DNA of 64,000 nt from Candidatus Tiddalikarchaeum anstoanum (GCA_902385255.1 CABMEV010000003.1:64813-128812); one strand, 5' to 3'. Counted from the first letter of the stretch, positions 49,212 to 59,390 are shown. Numbers and translations: made by a program. The notes: generated from the sequence alone by a model not told the origin.

Positions 49212-49787
49212 ATGTTCGAAGTTTACAAAGAGAATGCGATGAAGGATTACGCTCTTGCAAAGAAGAAAGTACTCGTTGACCTTGACATCCTGAAAGAGCT
49301 TGACAAGTTCAACAAATTAACGGATTATTATACAACAAGCAGCTGCAGCGGCAGAATATTATTATTACGTGTTAATGAGAAAGGAGAGAAGATGCCTGAA
49401 GCGTTCTATTACAAGACGCACGATAAGACAACAACTAAGGAGATACTAAAATTAGTTGACAATTATGATGAAAAGTACGATTTATGGTTTAAGGTTGAAC
49501 CTTTCATACTTCACATAGGATGCCGCGACATTGAAGGGGCAAGGACTCTGCTTCAGTTTTGCAAGGACTTGGGTATTAAAAGGGCAGGGATAAACGCTTT
49601 CTCCAAGAGGATAATTGTTGAAGTCATAGGAACCCAGTACTTGGACACGCCTATAGTTAAAGCTGGAGAAAAACTAGTATCTGATGATTATATAAGTATT
49701 CTTGTTAAGACTGCGAACGTTAAGCTTGCGAAGAATAAAGGCATACTTCATGATTTTTTCAGAAAGTCAAAAGCTTTAAACCGTTAA
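49212..49787 (+). CDS. taw3: tRNA wybutosine-synthesizing protein 3 homolog (Taw3/TYW3 family)
   Basis: Diagnostic TTSSCSGRI motif and overall size of about 190 aa. Confidence 0.7.
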   Translation: MFEVYKENAMKDYALAKKKVLVDLDILKELDKFNKLTDYYTTSSCSGRILLLRVNEKGEKMPEAFYYKTHDKTTTKEILKLVDNYDEKYDLWFKVEPFILHIGCRDIEGARTLLQFCKDLGIKRAGINAFSKRIIVEVIGTQYLDTPIVKAGEKLVSDDYISILVKTANVKLAKNKGILHDFFRKSKALNR

Positions 49788-50340
49788 TTACGAACTGCAC
49801 TCCGACTGCGAGCATGAATAATCCCGTAACCCTTGTTGCTATGTATTGTAATTTCTTATTCTCCTCGGTCACTTTAAGGAAGAATGTTGAAAACACCATT
49901 AGTATATAATTTAGTATTATTGCCAGAGTGCTTATCAACAATGAGTAAAGAATTGTTGAATAACTGCTGATTATCGTGATTGCCGTAATGCTTGCAGGTC
50001 CGACTATTAACGGTGTTCCTATGCTTAAATACATAACTTCCACGTTTTTCTTGACATTGAATATTTCATCCTTGAAAAGGTAGGATACTCCGAAGATGCC
50101 AAGGCTTAATCCGCATGCTATGTTTAACGCTGAATTGCTTATTCCAAGGAATTGTTTGAATATTAAAGGTCCAAAGATTGCAAAGAAAGTGATTAGTGCC
50201 AATGCTATCAGGTTGCTGTAGTTGATAATCTCCCTAACTTTGTCTTTAGTGAACTCTTTAGTGATTGTTGCACTGACTAACATCTTGCTGAAAGGGTTAA
50301 CAACTATAATCATCGTAATTAGGTCATTTAAGAAAGACAT
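49759..50340 (-). CDS. MarC-family integral membrane protein
   Basis: IVVNPFS near N-terminus and IGTPLIVGPASI in the C-terminal half; six TM helices. Confidence 0.5.
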   Translation of the reverse strand: MSFLNDLITMIIVVNPFSKMLVSATITKEFTKDKVREIINYSNLIALALITFFAIFGPLIFKQFLGISNSALNIACGLSLGIFGVSYLFKDEIFNVKKNVEVMYLSIGTPLIVGPASITAITIISSYSTILYSLLISTLAIILNYILMVFSTFFLKVTEENKKLQYIATRVTGLFMLAVGVQFVINGLKLLTF

Positions 50341-50386
50341 ATTCCTAATAATTGAGTGGTGGAATTATTTTAAAACTTGCTTTTTT

Positions 50387-51340
50387 TTATTTCTCTTCAG
50401 AAAATTGAATTGCGCAGTAGTCCACGAAGTTCACGTAGTCTCCTGTTACGTCGCCGCTCGTGTACTGTTTTAACAATTTGCCTTTTAACTTTTTGGCCTT
50501 CATGTTCTTTAGTACCTGCATGAGAACTCCTATAGCGTTTAATCCGCATATCGTCAGGTTCTCCTTGTCAGTGTATGAGAATAAGGCGTCAACGTGTAAT
50601 TCCTGGATTTCCTTAACGGCTTTCCAGTCCAATACTTTAATATCCTTGTTTAACTCTTCACCTTTCTCGTCGGATAGTGTGAATCCGTAGCTTGGGCCGA
50701 CGTGCGAGAAGTCTGATGAAGCTATGAATAATACGTTCTTGCCGCTCTTCTCCCATGCTTTGAAGATGGCATCTCCTAATTCCTTAATTGTTTTAATATC
50801 ATTAGTGCTGGCGTTTATGCATATTGGCACAATCTTCGGGCACGAATCTCCGAATACGTATTTTAGAAAAGGAACCTGCACTTCAATACTGTGCTCTAAC
50901 GAGTGGCTGAGCTCGTCCTCTATGAAATCCTTATCCTCAGCTTCTATTAATTTATTAAATTCTGAATCAACTTCAACTTCGCCTATAGGTGTTGCCCAGA
51001 CTCCCTCCGGAAATAATGCGGCGCCAATCCCTATACTGTTATGATTAGGTCCTATTATTACAACCACGTCAGGTGTTTTATTTTCACCTACTAATCTGTA
51101 AGCGTGGGCTGCGCATGGACCGCTCATGTCATAACCTGCATGAGGGCATATGAAAGCCATGAATTCGTCCGTCTTCTTCACCAAAGGTTCGTTCTTCGGC
51201 CCGAATTCATTGTTTAAAAAACAGTTTTTAATCTGGTTGTCAAGTTCCTTAGCTGAGCTTTTATAGAATGTACCGCTTACTCTTTCAAGTCTATAAGTCT
51301 TCATCTGTGAAATCTTCCAACTTGTAAGTATAATCTTCAT
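50387..51340 (-). CDS. Memo-like protein (AmmeMemoRadiSam system protein B family)
   Basis: ICPHAGYDMSGPCAAHAY and downstream His/Asp-rich blocks; located next to S2 as in many archaea. Confidence 0.65.
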   Translation of the reverse strand: MKIILTSWKISQMKTYRLERVSGTFYKSSAKELDNQIKNCFLNNEFGPKNEPLVKKTDEFMAFICPHAGYDMSGPCAAHAYRLVGENKTPDVVVIIGPNHNSIGIGAALFPEGVWATPIGEVEVDSEFNKLIEAEDKDFIEDELSHSLEHSIEVQVPFLKYVFGDSCPKIVPICINASTNDIKTIKELGDAIFKAWEKSGKNVLFIASSDFSHVGPSYGFTLSDEKGEELNKDIKVLDWKAVKEIQELHVDALFSYTDKENLTICGLNAIGVLMQVLKNMKAKKLKGKLLKQYTSGDVTGDYVNFVDYCAIQFSEEK

Positions 51341-51917
51341 CCTTCTTGATTAATCCGCGGTTTTTCAAATATTCGCGGCCAAGTATCCAGAATACAAGCG
51401 GCAGACTCTTCTTGCTTTTATTATTACACGGAATAGCATAATCAACATTTTCTAAAGAGTTACTTGAGCCAACTAGGGCAACAATTGGAATATTACAAAG
51501 CCTGGCATCTTTTATTACCTGTCTGTCAGGCCAAGGGTCGCATACTACTATGAGTTTAGGTTCGAAGAATCCTTCATATGCAGGATTAGTTAATATGCCA
51601 GGAAGATATCTTCCTGTTATTCTTTTCATGCCTGTTATTGATGCAGCTTTCTTGACAGCTTTATAACCAGTCTCTCTTCTGCATACTATTAATATATCCT
51701 GAGGCGCGTACTGGGCTAAGAATTTGCCTGCAATCTTTAATCTCTCATCTATTTTTTGAACATCAAGTATTTTGATTCCCTGCTGTTTAGTCTTGTAAAT
51801 GAACGCTTCAACACTTTTATCCTTGTATTTTGTTCCAATATGTATTGCTGATTTCAAGTACCAGTCAAGTGGAACTAGAAGGTTTGCACCTTCTTCTTTT
51901 TCTTTTTTTGCTGTCAT
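51291..51917 (-). CDS. rps2: Ribosomal protein S2 (uS2)
   Basis: HIGTKYKDKSVEAFIYKTKQQGIKILDVQK...RYLPGILTN matches archaeal S2. Confidence 0.85.
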   Translation of the reverse strand: MTAKKEKEEGANLLVPLDWYLKSAIHIGTKYKDKSVEAFIYKTKQQGIKILDVQKIDERLKIAGKFLAQYAPQDILIVCRRETGYKAVKKAASITGMKRITGRYLPGILTNPAYEGFFEPKLIVVCDPWPDRQVIKDARLCNIPIVALVGSSNSLENVDYAIPCNNKSKKSLPLVFWILGREYLKNRGLIKKDEDYTYKLEDFTDEDL

Positions 51918-51922
51918 GTTTT

Positions 51923-52096
51923 TTAATCCCTTTTAATTGTTATCGGCAAGACGCCTTCTTCCATCTCTTTTTTAGCTATGGAGATAACGTCAAACATATC
52001 TTTTGGCCTTTTTATAAGTATTGGTGCGTCCATACTGAGTTGCAGCGCCCTAGCGCTGAGTATCCTTGCTTTTTCGAATTTATTGTACGATTCCAT
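51923..52096 (-). CDS. rpoK: DNA-directed RNA polymerase subunit K (Rpb6/omega homolog)
   Basis: 57 aa, below ORF-track cutoff: MESYNKFEKARILSARALQLSMDAPILIKRP... matches the RpoK core. Confidence 0.7.
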   Translation of the reverse strand: MESYNKFEKARILSARALQLSMDAPILIKRPKDMFDVISIAKKEMEEGVLPITIKRD

Positions 52097-52104
52097 GTTC
52101 TAAA

Positions 52105-52887
52105 TCACTTTAAATTTTTAATTATTTCACTAATTTTGTCTCTTATTTTAAAGCTTTCCTCAACGCATTGCTCAATTTCTTTGACATTAAAGCCGCCTTT
52201 CCCGCCTTTCTGCATTGCGTTTATTTCGCCTTCACTGCAGGTTATAGTAAGCCTGGCGTCGCTAATTTGTTCTTCATCAGAGTCCGGGTCTATAAGGAGG
52301 GTGTCATCTATTTTTACAAACGTTGTTGGTATTGGAACCTTTATGAAAGGTATTTTTCCATTGCTCCACTCGCCTAATACTACCTGGTTCTTAGCATCCA
52401 ATTTTGGCATTTTTGCATTCTTTAATGCTGAAATTGCCGCTAAGCCGCAGGCGTCGATTAAGTTGCCGTCATTGTTTAATATATATACGTCAACGAATAC
52501 GTTCCAGACTTTCTCTCCTGGAATTATGCATAACTTGTCTATATCTATCGCTCCGCTCTCCCTTATTCCCCTGTCGACAACCCTTGATAATTCTATAGCA
52601 TCCTCTGTTGGAGGTCCTGGTTCGAACTTCACATCTGATATGGCGCTTAATTCAACATTGCATACCAAGTTTCCGGAATTAGGAGTGTCAGGGTAAGGTG
52701 TTCCCACACTCATCTTCACACCTGCTATTACCTGCGTGTCGCCTATCCTTAACAATGCGCTTCCTTCTGCGTTCTTGCTGACATCAGTCTCTACGCTTAT
52801 TGGCCTGTAATCGTTCATTCTTCTGTCCCTGTTTCTTAACTTCTTGTCAGCCAGTGCAAGTATGTATTCTCTTAATTCTTTCTTCAT
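52105..52887 (-). CDS. rrp42: Exosome complex component Rrp42 (RNase PH-like, non-catalytic)
   Basis: RNase PH fold motifs (DYRPISVETDV..AEGSALLRIGDTQVIAGVK; EPGPPTEDAIELSRVVDRGIRES; LNNDGNLIDACGLAAISAL). Confidence 0.75.
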   Translation of the reverse strand: MKKELREYILALADKKLRNRDRRMNDYRPISVETDVSKNAEGSALLRIGDTQVIAGVKMSVGTPYPDTPNSGNLVCNVELSAISDVKFEPGPPTEDAIELSRVVDRGIRESGAIDIDKLCIIPGEKVWNVFVDVYILNNDGNLIDACGLAAISALKNAKMPKLDAKNQVVLGEWSNGKIPFIKVPIPTTFVKIDDTLLIDPDSDEEQISDARLTITCSEGEINAMQKGGKGGFNVKEIEQCVEESFKIRDKISEIIKNLK

Positions 52888-54257
52888 TTCTTGTCATCCC
52901 CGATTTTTTTGGCTGCAACTTTTGCTTCTTTTAACAATTTGCTCGTAATCTCCCCTTCATCAGCGTACTTTTTCAGGACGTCCTCGTTTATGAGTTCTCC
53001 TTTCCCGTCTTTTTTAACGACTGCTAATTCCAGGTTTATAGTTGCAGCTTTCTCAGTCTGCAGTTCTACAGGCGTGTTTATTATGTATACTTCACCTTTC
53101 AGTTTATTATCCTCAGAGTAGAACGAATGCTTCGTGTACCATGCGTCTTTTTTAAGCTCTGTCAGCGCATAATCGCCTCTGTCAAAGATAATGTCTAATC
53201 CGTTATACTTTGAGCCGCTTTTCATGAAGCGCTTCAGCACTATCTTGTTCTCATCTCTTTTTTCAATCCTTCCTTTTAAGAAATTTGTAGTGCCATCAAG
53301 CCTGTACTCTGCAGCAAGGTATAAGTCTCCTTCCTTCGGAGCTTTTGATAAGACAAAACTCTCTATTTCCTTGTTTAATTTCTTCTCATTGAATCCTGCC
53401 TTTATCAAATTCTCGCTGAAGTCCACGACGTTGTGGAAATTATCTGTCTTGTAAGTGTGGTGGTTTTCAACTGTTGGCTTAACTTCACGTCTTAATGCAT
53501 CAAGAGTTTCTTTTGCAGTCTTGTCAAACCGCATATATACAGTTATTAATCCTTTTCTTATCAGTTTAGGGCCTTCTTCTTTTTCGAATTTCTCTTTTAT
53601 CTTGTCGTAATCCTTGTATAAGTCGTCGATTTCTTTTTTCAATTCGTCATCTTTCTTGTCCTGCGCGCTGCTCTTCCATAATATGCCCCATCCTTCCTTG
53701 CATTTCTCGTCAGTTATCTTGTTCAGTCTCACTGACTCTTCCCTATCTCGGATGTTGCTGCTTAATTTCGTGAATCCTTTCTGGATTAGTACAGTATCAG
53801 GTCCGAAGATGTGTATCTTCGTGCTTAATGTGTAGCATTCAGGGTCTTCCTCTTTTAACTGCACTAGGATTTTCTCCCCTTCCTTCACATAGCCCCAGTA
53901 ATCTTTGAGCGGAAGGAGTCCTATCTTTTTCAGTCCCAAGTCTACGTGAATATTCTTAGTGTTAGGGTCCAGTTTTATTATCTTACCAAGGTATATGTGG
54001 CCGGATTCTTCTTTTTTTACGGCTACGTGCTCCACATCATCCATTATTACCTTAGTTACTTTCTCGCTCTCTTCGCCTTTTATTACTATTCCATTCTTGT
54101 CAGCTAAGTCATGTATAATAGTATCATAGTCCTCGTCGAATTTGGCTTTCTTGAAAGAATCTTTTACATTCTCGCTTGGACTGCTTACTTTTATTTTATT
54201 TTTCAGTAGTAGCTGTGTTAATGCACTACTATAAATTCCTCTGATTTTTACACTCAT
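52884..54257 (-). CDS. FAU-1-like RNA-binding protein (RNase E/G-like, DUF402-containing family)
   Basis: N-terminus MSVKIRGIYSSALTQLLL resembles archaeal FAU-1 N-termini as recalled; 457 aa. Translationally coupled (4-nt overlaps) between Rrp41 and Rrp42. Confidence 0.5.
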   Translation of the reverse strand: MSVKIRGIYSSALTQLLLKNKIKVSSPSENVKDSFKKAKFDEDYDTIIHDLADKNGIVIKGEESEKVTKVIMDDVEHVAVKKEESGHIYLGKIIKLDPNTKNIHVDLGLKKIGLLPLKDYWGYVKEGEKILVQLKEEDPECYTLSTKIHIFGPDTVLIQKGFTKLSSNIRDREESVRLNKITDEKCKEGWGILWKSSAQDKKDDELKKEIDDLYKDYDKIKEKFEKEEGPKLIRKGLITVYMRFDKTAKETLDALRREVKPTVENHHTYKTDNFHNVVDFSENLIKAGFNEKKLNKEIESFVLSKAPKEGDLYLAAEYRLDGTTNFLKGRIEKRDENKIVLKRFMKSGSKYNGLDIIFDRGDYALTELKKDAWYTKHSFYSEDNKLKGEVYIINTPVELQTEKAATINLELAVVKKDGKGELINEDVLKKYADEGEITSKLLKEAKVAAKKIGDDKK

Positions 54258-55054
54258 TTTTCAATCACTTCGTATTTTTTCTTTATAGCTTGTTTCATCA
54301 TTTCATGTATTTTTTTGCATGCTTTAGTGCCTGCGTTTATCGCCTGCATTAATTCATTCTTTGTTACCTTACCATCTAATTGTAACAGTGTTATCTCATC
54401 AAGTGCAGGTATGTATGCTATTGGGATATCCGTCGCTCCTCCGCCTTCATGGTAGTCCTCTTCGTGTTTTGTGATGTCAACGCATATCTTATCATCTATT
54501 TTTCCAACTGCAACAGCCGGCACTAATCCTCTCATCATTATCCCAGCATCTGCAAGCGCTAATGATGATGCTATTACTGCTGCGCATCTTGAACCTGCGT
54601 CTGCCTGCGGGATTTCTATGAATAATTGTATCATACTTTTTGGGTATTCTTCTACAAATATTGCTTTCTCAACAGCATTTTTTATGACAAGCCCTAATTC
54701 TATGCTTCTCCTGCTTGGTCCGGGTCTTGCCCTGTCTGTTACGCTGAAGCTCATCAGGTCATAATAGCATTTTATTATTAATTTTTCAGTGTCTTCCATG
54801 TGTTTAGGCCTAACTTTCTGCGGTCCGAAAACCCCTGCTATTGCGACTGTGTCCCCAACTTGGACTCTTGCGCTCCCGTCAGCATTGTCAAGAACTCCGA
54901 TATCCATAGATATTGGCCTTAATTCGTCAAATCCTCTCTTGTCGAATCTTTTTTCGTAACCGTGAGTTTGTTTCTTGACAGCCACTTTCTTGTTTTCCTT
55001 CTTTGGTTCTTTTTTAACTGTTTTTTTAATTTGTGCTTTTTTCTTTGTAACCAT
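54254..55054 (-). CDS. rrp41: Exosome complex exonuclease Rrp41 (RNase PH-like, catalytic)
   Basis: DKRGFDELRPISMDIGVLDNADGSARVQVGDTVAIAGVFGP and QADAGSRCAAVIASSLALADAGI motifs. Confidence 0.8.
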   Translation of the reverse strand: MVTKKKAQIKKTVKKEPKKENKKVAVKKQTHGYEKRFDKRGFDELRPISMDIGVLDNADGSARVQVGDTVAIAGVFGPQKVRPKHMEDTEKLIIKCYYDLMSFSVTDRARPGPSRRSIELGLVIKNAVEKAIFVEEYPKSMIQLFIEIPQADAGSRCAAVIASSLALADAGIMMRGLVPAVAVGKIDDKICVDITKHEEDYHEGGGATDIPIAYIPALDEITLLQLDGKVTKNELMQAINAGTKACKKIHEMMKQAIKKKYEVIEK

Positions 55055-55057
55055 CTT

Positions 55058-55744
55058 TTATTCACCTTTGTTTAGCATTTTTTCAATCTTTTCTGTAAGT
55101 CCGCTAGTGTGACTTTCGTTTGAAATTTTTTCAATGATATTTTTCGCCTTTAACGTATCTACAGGTTCTCCTTTTATCCATACTATCCCGTTTTGCCCGA
55201 TTATTATCTGGGTCTTTGTCTTGTCTTTTATCATTGATATCATGCTGCCTTTTGTTCCGATAAGTCTTGGTATTTTGGAACTGTTTATTTTCATTATTAT
55301 TCCGCCGTTTAGTTTCTTGGTTTCCTGCTCCTTCATTGTTAACGTGACTATCTTGCTTTTGGTCAGCCCTATTATTTTTGCAAATATGACATCGCCGTAT
55401 GTGTAATAATATGTCATATCATTCTTTTCAAGGTCTATGAATTCCCTGCTTGCTTCCCTAACTGGGAGTGAAGCGTCATAAGGGCAGTTTACGTCTATGA
55501 ACCATGAAGAGAAATTCATATCCGTAACCGTTCCGATAACGTAGTCTCCTCTTCTTGGCATATAAACGCTCTTGAATCCATTGACTTGTATTGCGTTATT
55601 TTTTAAATTCACGAGTCCAACAATGCTCGAGATAATTTGTTCACCATTCCGGTAAGTCCCTTCGCTTGGTATTAAGTCCATACCTTCAGCTAGTACTTCT
55701 CCGGGTGTTACATGTTCCCTTTCTTTAACTATTATTTTGCTCAA
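55058..55744 (-). CDS. rrp4: Exosome RNA-binding subunit Rrp4 (S1 and KH domains)
   Basis: VTPGEVLAEG...PSEGTY; GDYVIGTVTDMNFSSWFIDV (S1); IPRLIGTKGSMISMIKDKTKTQIIIGQNGIVWI (KH). Confidence 0.8.
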   Translation of the reverse strand: MSKIIVKEREHVTPGEVLAEGMDLIPSEGTYRNGEQIISSIVGLVNLKNNAIQVNGFKSVYMPRRGDYVIGTVTDMNFSSWFIDVNCPYDASLPVREASREFIDLEKNDMTYYYTYGDVIFAKIIGLTKSKIVTLTMKEQETKKLNGGIIMKINSSKIPRLIGTKGSMISMIKDKTKTQIIIGQNGIVWIKGEPVDTLKAKNIIEKISNESHTSGLTEKIEKMLNKGE

Positions 55745-55750
55745 AAATTT

Positions 55751-56452
55751 TCACCTCTGTGTTATATTTACTTCTCCGTGAGTAGCTTCATTCAAAGCTT
55801 TGATCACTTCTTCTTTTAATCCGCCGGGTATTTTTATTATGAAATGCCATGAGCCGTCGCTCATCCAGTCACTTTTTATCATTTTTCCAAACCTGGCTAC
55901 TGCGTTATGCGCTTTGCCTCCGTACTTCGGTCCGGTGTAACCTTCTATTGTTGCCTCTTCAAACCTTATTGGCAGTACGGGTCTTAAAGCATCAAGTACT
56001 GTTTCTATCTGCTCCTCTGCGCTTTTGAACGGGTCAAAGTTAATTTTTATCTGTTCAAGCGCTAATTCTATCCTCGTACCAGGTATAGGGAGATTAGTTC
56101 TCGGGTCTATACCTTGTCGTGAGATTATGCTTATTATTTCTTTCTTCTTCTGTTCCTGCAGTTCTCTTTTATACTCGGTCGTGAACTGCATGTTTCCTTC
56201 TTTTATTATCTGGCCGGAGATTTGGTCTTCATTGTCCGTTCCGAAAACTTCCTTTAAATTCCCAGACCTCTCGCCTGTTTTTACATCCTTGAAAATTCCC
56301 TCAATTTCTAATGCTTCTTTCACATCATTTATTTGCCCTTTTTTGAAAGCTATGGCTTTGTCAGGTATTATTAATACTTCAAACGTCTGCCCGTTGCGTT
56401 TTAGTGACGCGATGTGATGCTGTTTCTTTTTCTGCTCGTATACGATTCTCAA
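55751..56452 (-). CDS. SBDS/Sdo1 ribosome maturation protein homolog
   Basis: N-terminal FEVLIIPDKAIAFKKG...DVKEALEIEGIFKDVKTGE FYSH-like domain; position between proteasome alpha and Rrp4. Confidence 0.75.
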   Translation of the reverse strand: MRIVYEQKKKQHHIASLKRNGQTFEVLIIPDKAIAFKKGQINDVKEALEIEGIFKDVKTGERSGNLKEVFGTDNEDQISGQIIKEGNMQFTTEYKRELQEQKKKEIISIISRQGIDPRTNLPIPGTRIELALEQIKINFDPFKSAEEQIETVLDALRPVLPIRFEEATIEGYTGPKYGGKAHNAVARFGKMIKSDWMSDGSWHFIIKIPGGLKEEVIKALNEATHGEVNITQR

Positions 56453-56484
56453 AAGATGAACACCTTAAAAAATATTAGACATTC

Positions 56485-57180
56485 TTATTCCTTGCTGTCT
56501 TTTCCTTTGAAATCCTTCATATTGATAGGTTTGAATGTCTTGTCGCTTTTTTCAATTATTACGCCTTCAAGTCTGTCTATCTTGAAGTTGCTGTTCAATG
56601 CGTTTTTTAGTGCTTCAACTGCCAATGATATGGCTTCGTTTTTTGTGAGCCCGTCTTTGTAATTCTTGTTGAAATATTCTATTATTTTTTTGCTGTTCTC
56701 TCCTATAGCTCCTGCTTTAAATTCGAAGTATACCCCGCTCACTTCAGTTATGAAGAGGTGGGGCTTGTCGTCGTATCCGGCTATCAGGAAGCTTACTCCG
56801 TATGGTCTCATTCCGCCGTACTGCGTGAATGCCTGCATCTGGTTGCATATATCCTTCACAACGCTTTTTATATCAACATCCTCGTCATACGTTGTTCTGT
56901 GATTTTGCGCAGCCACTTGTGCATGCTCGACTAGTATCCTGCCGTCACTGACTAATCCGCTCATTGCTGCAGAAATATGTCTGTCTATAGGCATTATTTT
57001 TTCAACACTGTTTGGTATCACTAATTTTTCAAATAAGACTTTATCAGCGATTAATACTACTCCTTCTTTGAATGTTACACCTACTGCTGGAGTTCCTTTG
57101 TTTACTGTTTCCTTTGCATACTCTACCTGTAATAATCTTCCATCAGGGGAGAACATTGTAATTGCTCTATCATAACCCAT
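56485..57180 (-). CDS. psmA: Proteasome alpha subunit
   Basis: YDRAITMFSPDGRLLQVEYAKE signature. Start placed at internal Met to avoid overlap with upstream gene (track ORF extends to 57207). Confidence 0.85.
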   Translation of the reverse strand: MGYDRAITMFSPDGRLLQVEYAKETVNKGTPAVGVTFKEGVVLIADKVLFEKLVIPNSVEKIMPIDRHISAAMSGLVSDGRILVEHAQVAAQNHRTTYDEDVDIKSVVKDICNQMQAFTQYGGMRPYGVSFLIAGYDDKPHLFITEVSGVYFEFKAGAIGENSKKIIEYFNKNYKDGLTKNEAISLAVEALKNALNSNFKIDRLEGVIIEKSDKTFKPINMKDFKGKDSKE

Positions 57181-57184
57181 TACA

Positions 57185-57538
57185 TCATTGGGAAAACCGT
57201 TTACCATCTTTTTTTAAAACCTCATTTTTTGCTAATTTTTTTATGCTTCCGCTTGTTTTAAGCGTATTGATTACTATTTGCTTTTCTCCGATACGCCTCA
57301 CGAGTGATAAGACAGCAATCATTGTATCTTTGTACTGGCTATCTACGCGGATAATGTTATCGTTTACGATTTGAATTCCGGCTTTGGAAAAACCATCTTC
57401 TCCTAAAAATCTGAGAGCCGTATCGTATATACCTTTCTTAACCTCATCTTTAAAAACTTTTTCATCACTTATCACTTCAAAATATATGTACCTCTTCTTA
57501 TGCCTTGATGAGGGAAGAATCATATTAATTATAACCAC
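57185..57538 (-). CDS. rnp2: RNase P protein subunit Pop5 (Rnp2)
   Basis: 117 aa; KRYIYFEVIS motif and position immediately upstream of psmA. Confidence 0.6.
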   Translation of the reverse strand: MVIINMILPSSRHKKRYIYFEVISDEKVFKDEVKKGIYDTALRFLGEDGFSKAGIQIVNDNIIRVDSQYKDTMIAVLSLVRRIGEKQIVINTLKTSGSIKKLAKNEVLKKDGKRFSQ

Positions 57539-57562
57539 TGGCTCTTTTAAAAATACTATTCC

Positions 57563-58567
57563 TTATTTATTAATTATTAAGGTCTTTTGCCTGCCTGATT
57601 CTATGTCTTTACTTAGTACTCGTTTTTCATACTCTTTAACTGATTTGTTTAAAAAAAGAACTATCCCTTCTTTAATTCTCCTTATATCTTCTGGATTAAT
57701 ATTTGCATGGGAGTCAAGGTCATCGTACCCCTCAACTGCTTCGCCCAAGGAGTTGAACTTAACGCCGTAAATAGCATGTAAACTATAACCATCTTCATCG
57801 GATAAAATCAGCATGTGCATATTTTTATTTCTTAAGTAATTCACTCTCTTTTTTTCATTTTTTAACTTGATAATATCACCCAAATCATAAAATTCGAATA
57901 CTTTTTTCTTTTTTGATAACTCTTTTATAGATACTTCTTCAGGAATGACTGCAAGGTCTGCTAAAAGGCATGTTGAATCATGATTTTGTTTTGTGTAATT
58001 TAATAATTCCTCGATTTTCAGAACTTCAGCTTTTTTGTCTTCACATAAATGCTTTATTTCTTTTTCAATATCCTTTACTCTCTGTTTCTCAAAATCTTCC
58101 AGTCTTATGGCGTCATCATCAGTGAATGTTTCTTTGCCAAAATATGTTCTCACAATTTTTTGCAAGTCTTCAACATCAGCTTTCTTAATCTCACTCTCCG
58201 CTGCCTTGACAATTACAGCGCCATTTTCACCTATTTTTACGGCGCTGATGCAGTTCCAGTTGCCGTCGTAAAATGAGTGTAATTTATTATTTATATTGTA
58301 CATGATGTTTTCTGTTATCTCATAAAAGTTTGAGCACGGGATTTTTTTGGATGTAAAGTATTCTTTTGGAATTTTTGCAGAGTTAAAGAACGCAGATGTA
58401 AAACACTCATATGCTTCTTTTTTTTCTTCGTTAACCTGCATTTCTTTGGGAAGCTTTTCTAATTCAAGCAGTTCTTTAGACTTTTTTATATATAATTGTT
58501 CCAGTTTCTCTACGGCTTCGTTTTTAGGTAAGCCTCTAATCGAGTTTCTAAACGCGTCAAAATTCAT
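57563..58567 (-). CDS. Hypothetical protein
   Basis: 334 aa, charged, no motif recognised. Confidence 0.25.
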   Translation of the reverse strand: MNFDAFRNSIRGLPKNEAVEKLEQLYIKKSKELLELEKLPKEMQVNEEKKEAYECFTSAFFNSAKIPKEYFTSKKIPCSNFYEITENIMYNINNKLHSFYDGNWNCISAVKIGENGAVIVKAAESEIKKADVEDLQKIVRTYFGKETFTDDDAIRLEDFEKQRVKDIEKEIKHLCEDKKAEVLKIEELLNYTKQNHDSTCLLADLAVIPEEVSIKELSKKKKVFEFYDLGDIIKLKNEKKRVNYLRNKNMHMLILSDEDGYSLHAIYGVKFNSLGEAVEGYDDLDSHANINPEDIRRIKEGIVLFLNKSVKEYEKRVLSKDIESGRQKTLIINK

Positions 58568-58700
58568 TAACCGATTGGGAACTTCTTTTTTTAATAAGGC
58601 TTTTTCAGAACTGCTAAGTAGTAATCTTTCCTTTAATGAAATTTTTAAGATACTTATTTATATAAGATTTTAATCTGATATTCTTGGTTTTAACCTAAAA

Positions 58701-59198
58701 ATGTCACCTACCTCGCTTGAAAAAATAATGGATTTTTACAACTCCAGAATGGACTGTTTAAACACGGCATTATCATGGTTTAAGGAGTACAATCCCGGTT
58801 TTATTGCAGTCTTTAAAAATGACAATAAAGCGCTTACCCTTGTCAGGTGCGAGGATATAAGTGAACAATTAAAAAAAGTATTATACAGGGCTAATAGGGT
58901 GTTAAAGAGCGAGCACCCTATTGATGCAGTTGACGTGGTTTTTAATTCTGAATCTAAAAAAGACAATTTATCAATTAATATGATTAGTTTCATATCTAGT
59001 ATTAATAATGGTTTTTACTACACTGATTATATAACATTCCCGCTTAATGAGCCTAGTATTGACTTAAGAATTATCAGGGAAAACAGCATAGCCTCAGGTT
59101 TGTACATTTACTTAACATCAAAGTGCTGGAATAACTCATTTAAAAGGGAAAAGGTAAAAGTGGACAGGTTCATTAGAAGCAGGCAGTTTACGTTTTAA
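58701..59198 (+). CDS. Hypothetical protein
   Basis: 165 aa, no motif recognised; preceded by TATTTATATAAG promoter-like element. Confidence 0.25.
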   Translation: MSPTSLEKIMDFYNSRMDCLNTALSWFKEYNPGFIAVFKNDNKALTLVRCEDISEQLKKVLYRANRVLKSEHPIDAVDVVFNSESKKDNLSINMISFISSINNGFYYTDYITFPLNEPSIDLRIIRENSIASGLYIYLTSKCWNNSFKREKVKVDRFIRSRQFTF

Positions 59199-59257
59199 AA
59201 AAAATTTAAATCAAACTATTTTTATATACAAAAAACTAATTATTTTAGTTAAAAGGA

Positions 59258-59341
59258 TGCGGGGTTGCCGGAGTGGTCAAACGGGCTAGCTTCAGGAGCT
59301 AGTGGCTTAGTGCCTGCGCGAGTTCGATACTCGTACCCCGC
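59258..59341 (+). tRNA. tRNA-Leu (anticodon CAG), class II with long variable arm; no encoded CCA
   Basis: Folded by hand: acceptor GCGGGGT/ACCCCGC, D-stem CCG/CGG, anticodon stem CTAGC/GCTAG with loop TTCAGGA, 15-nt variable arm, T-arm GCGAG-TTCGATA-CTCGT, discriminator A. Confidence 0.8.
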
Positions 59342-59390
59342 ATATTTCTTTAAGGTTTTTTGGTCCAGATTTCTTCTTAAAGAAAGATGG

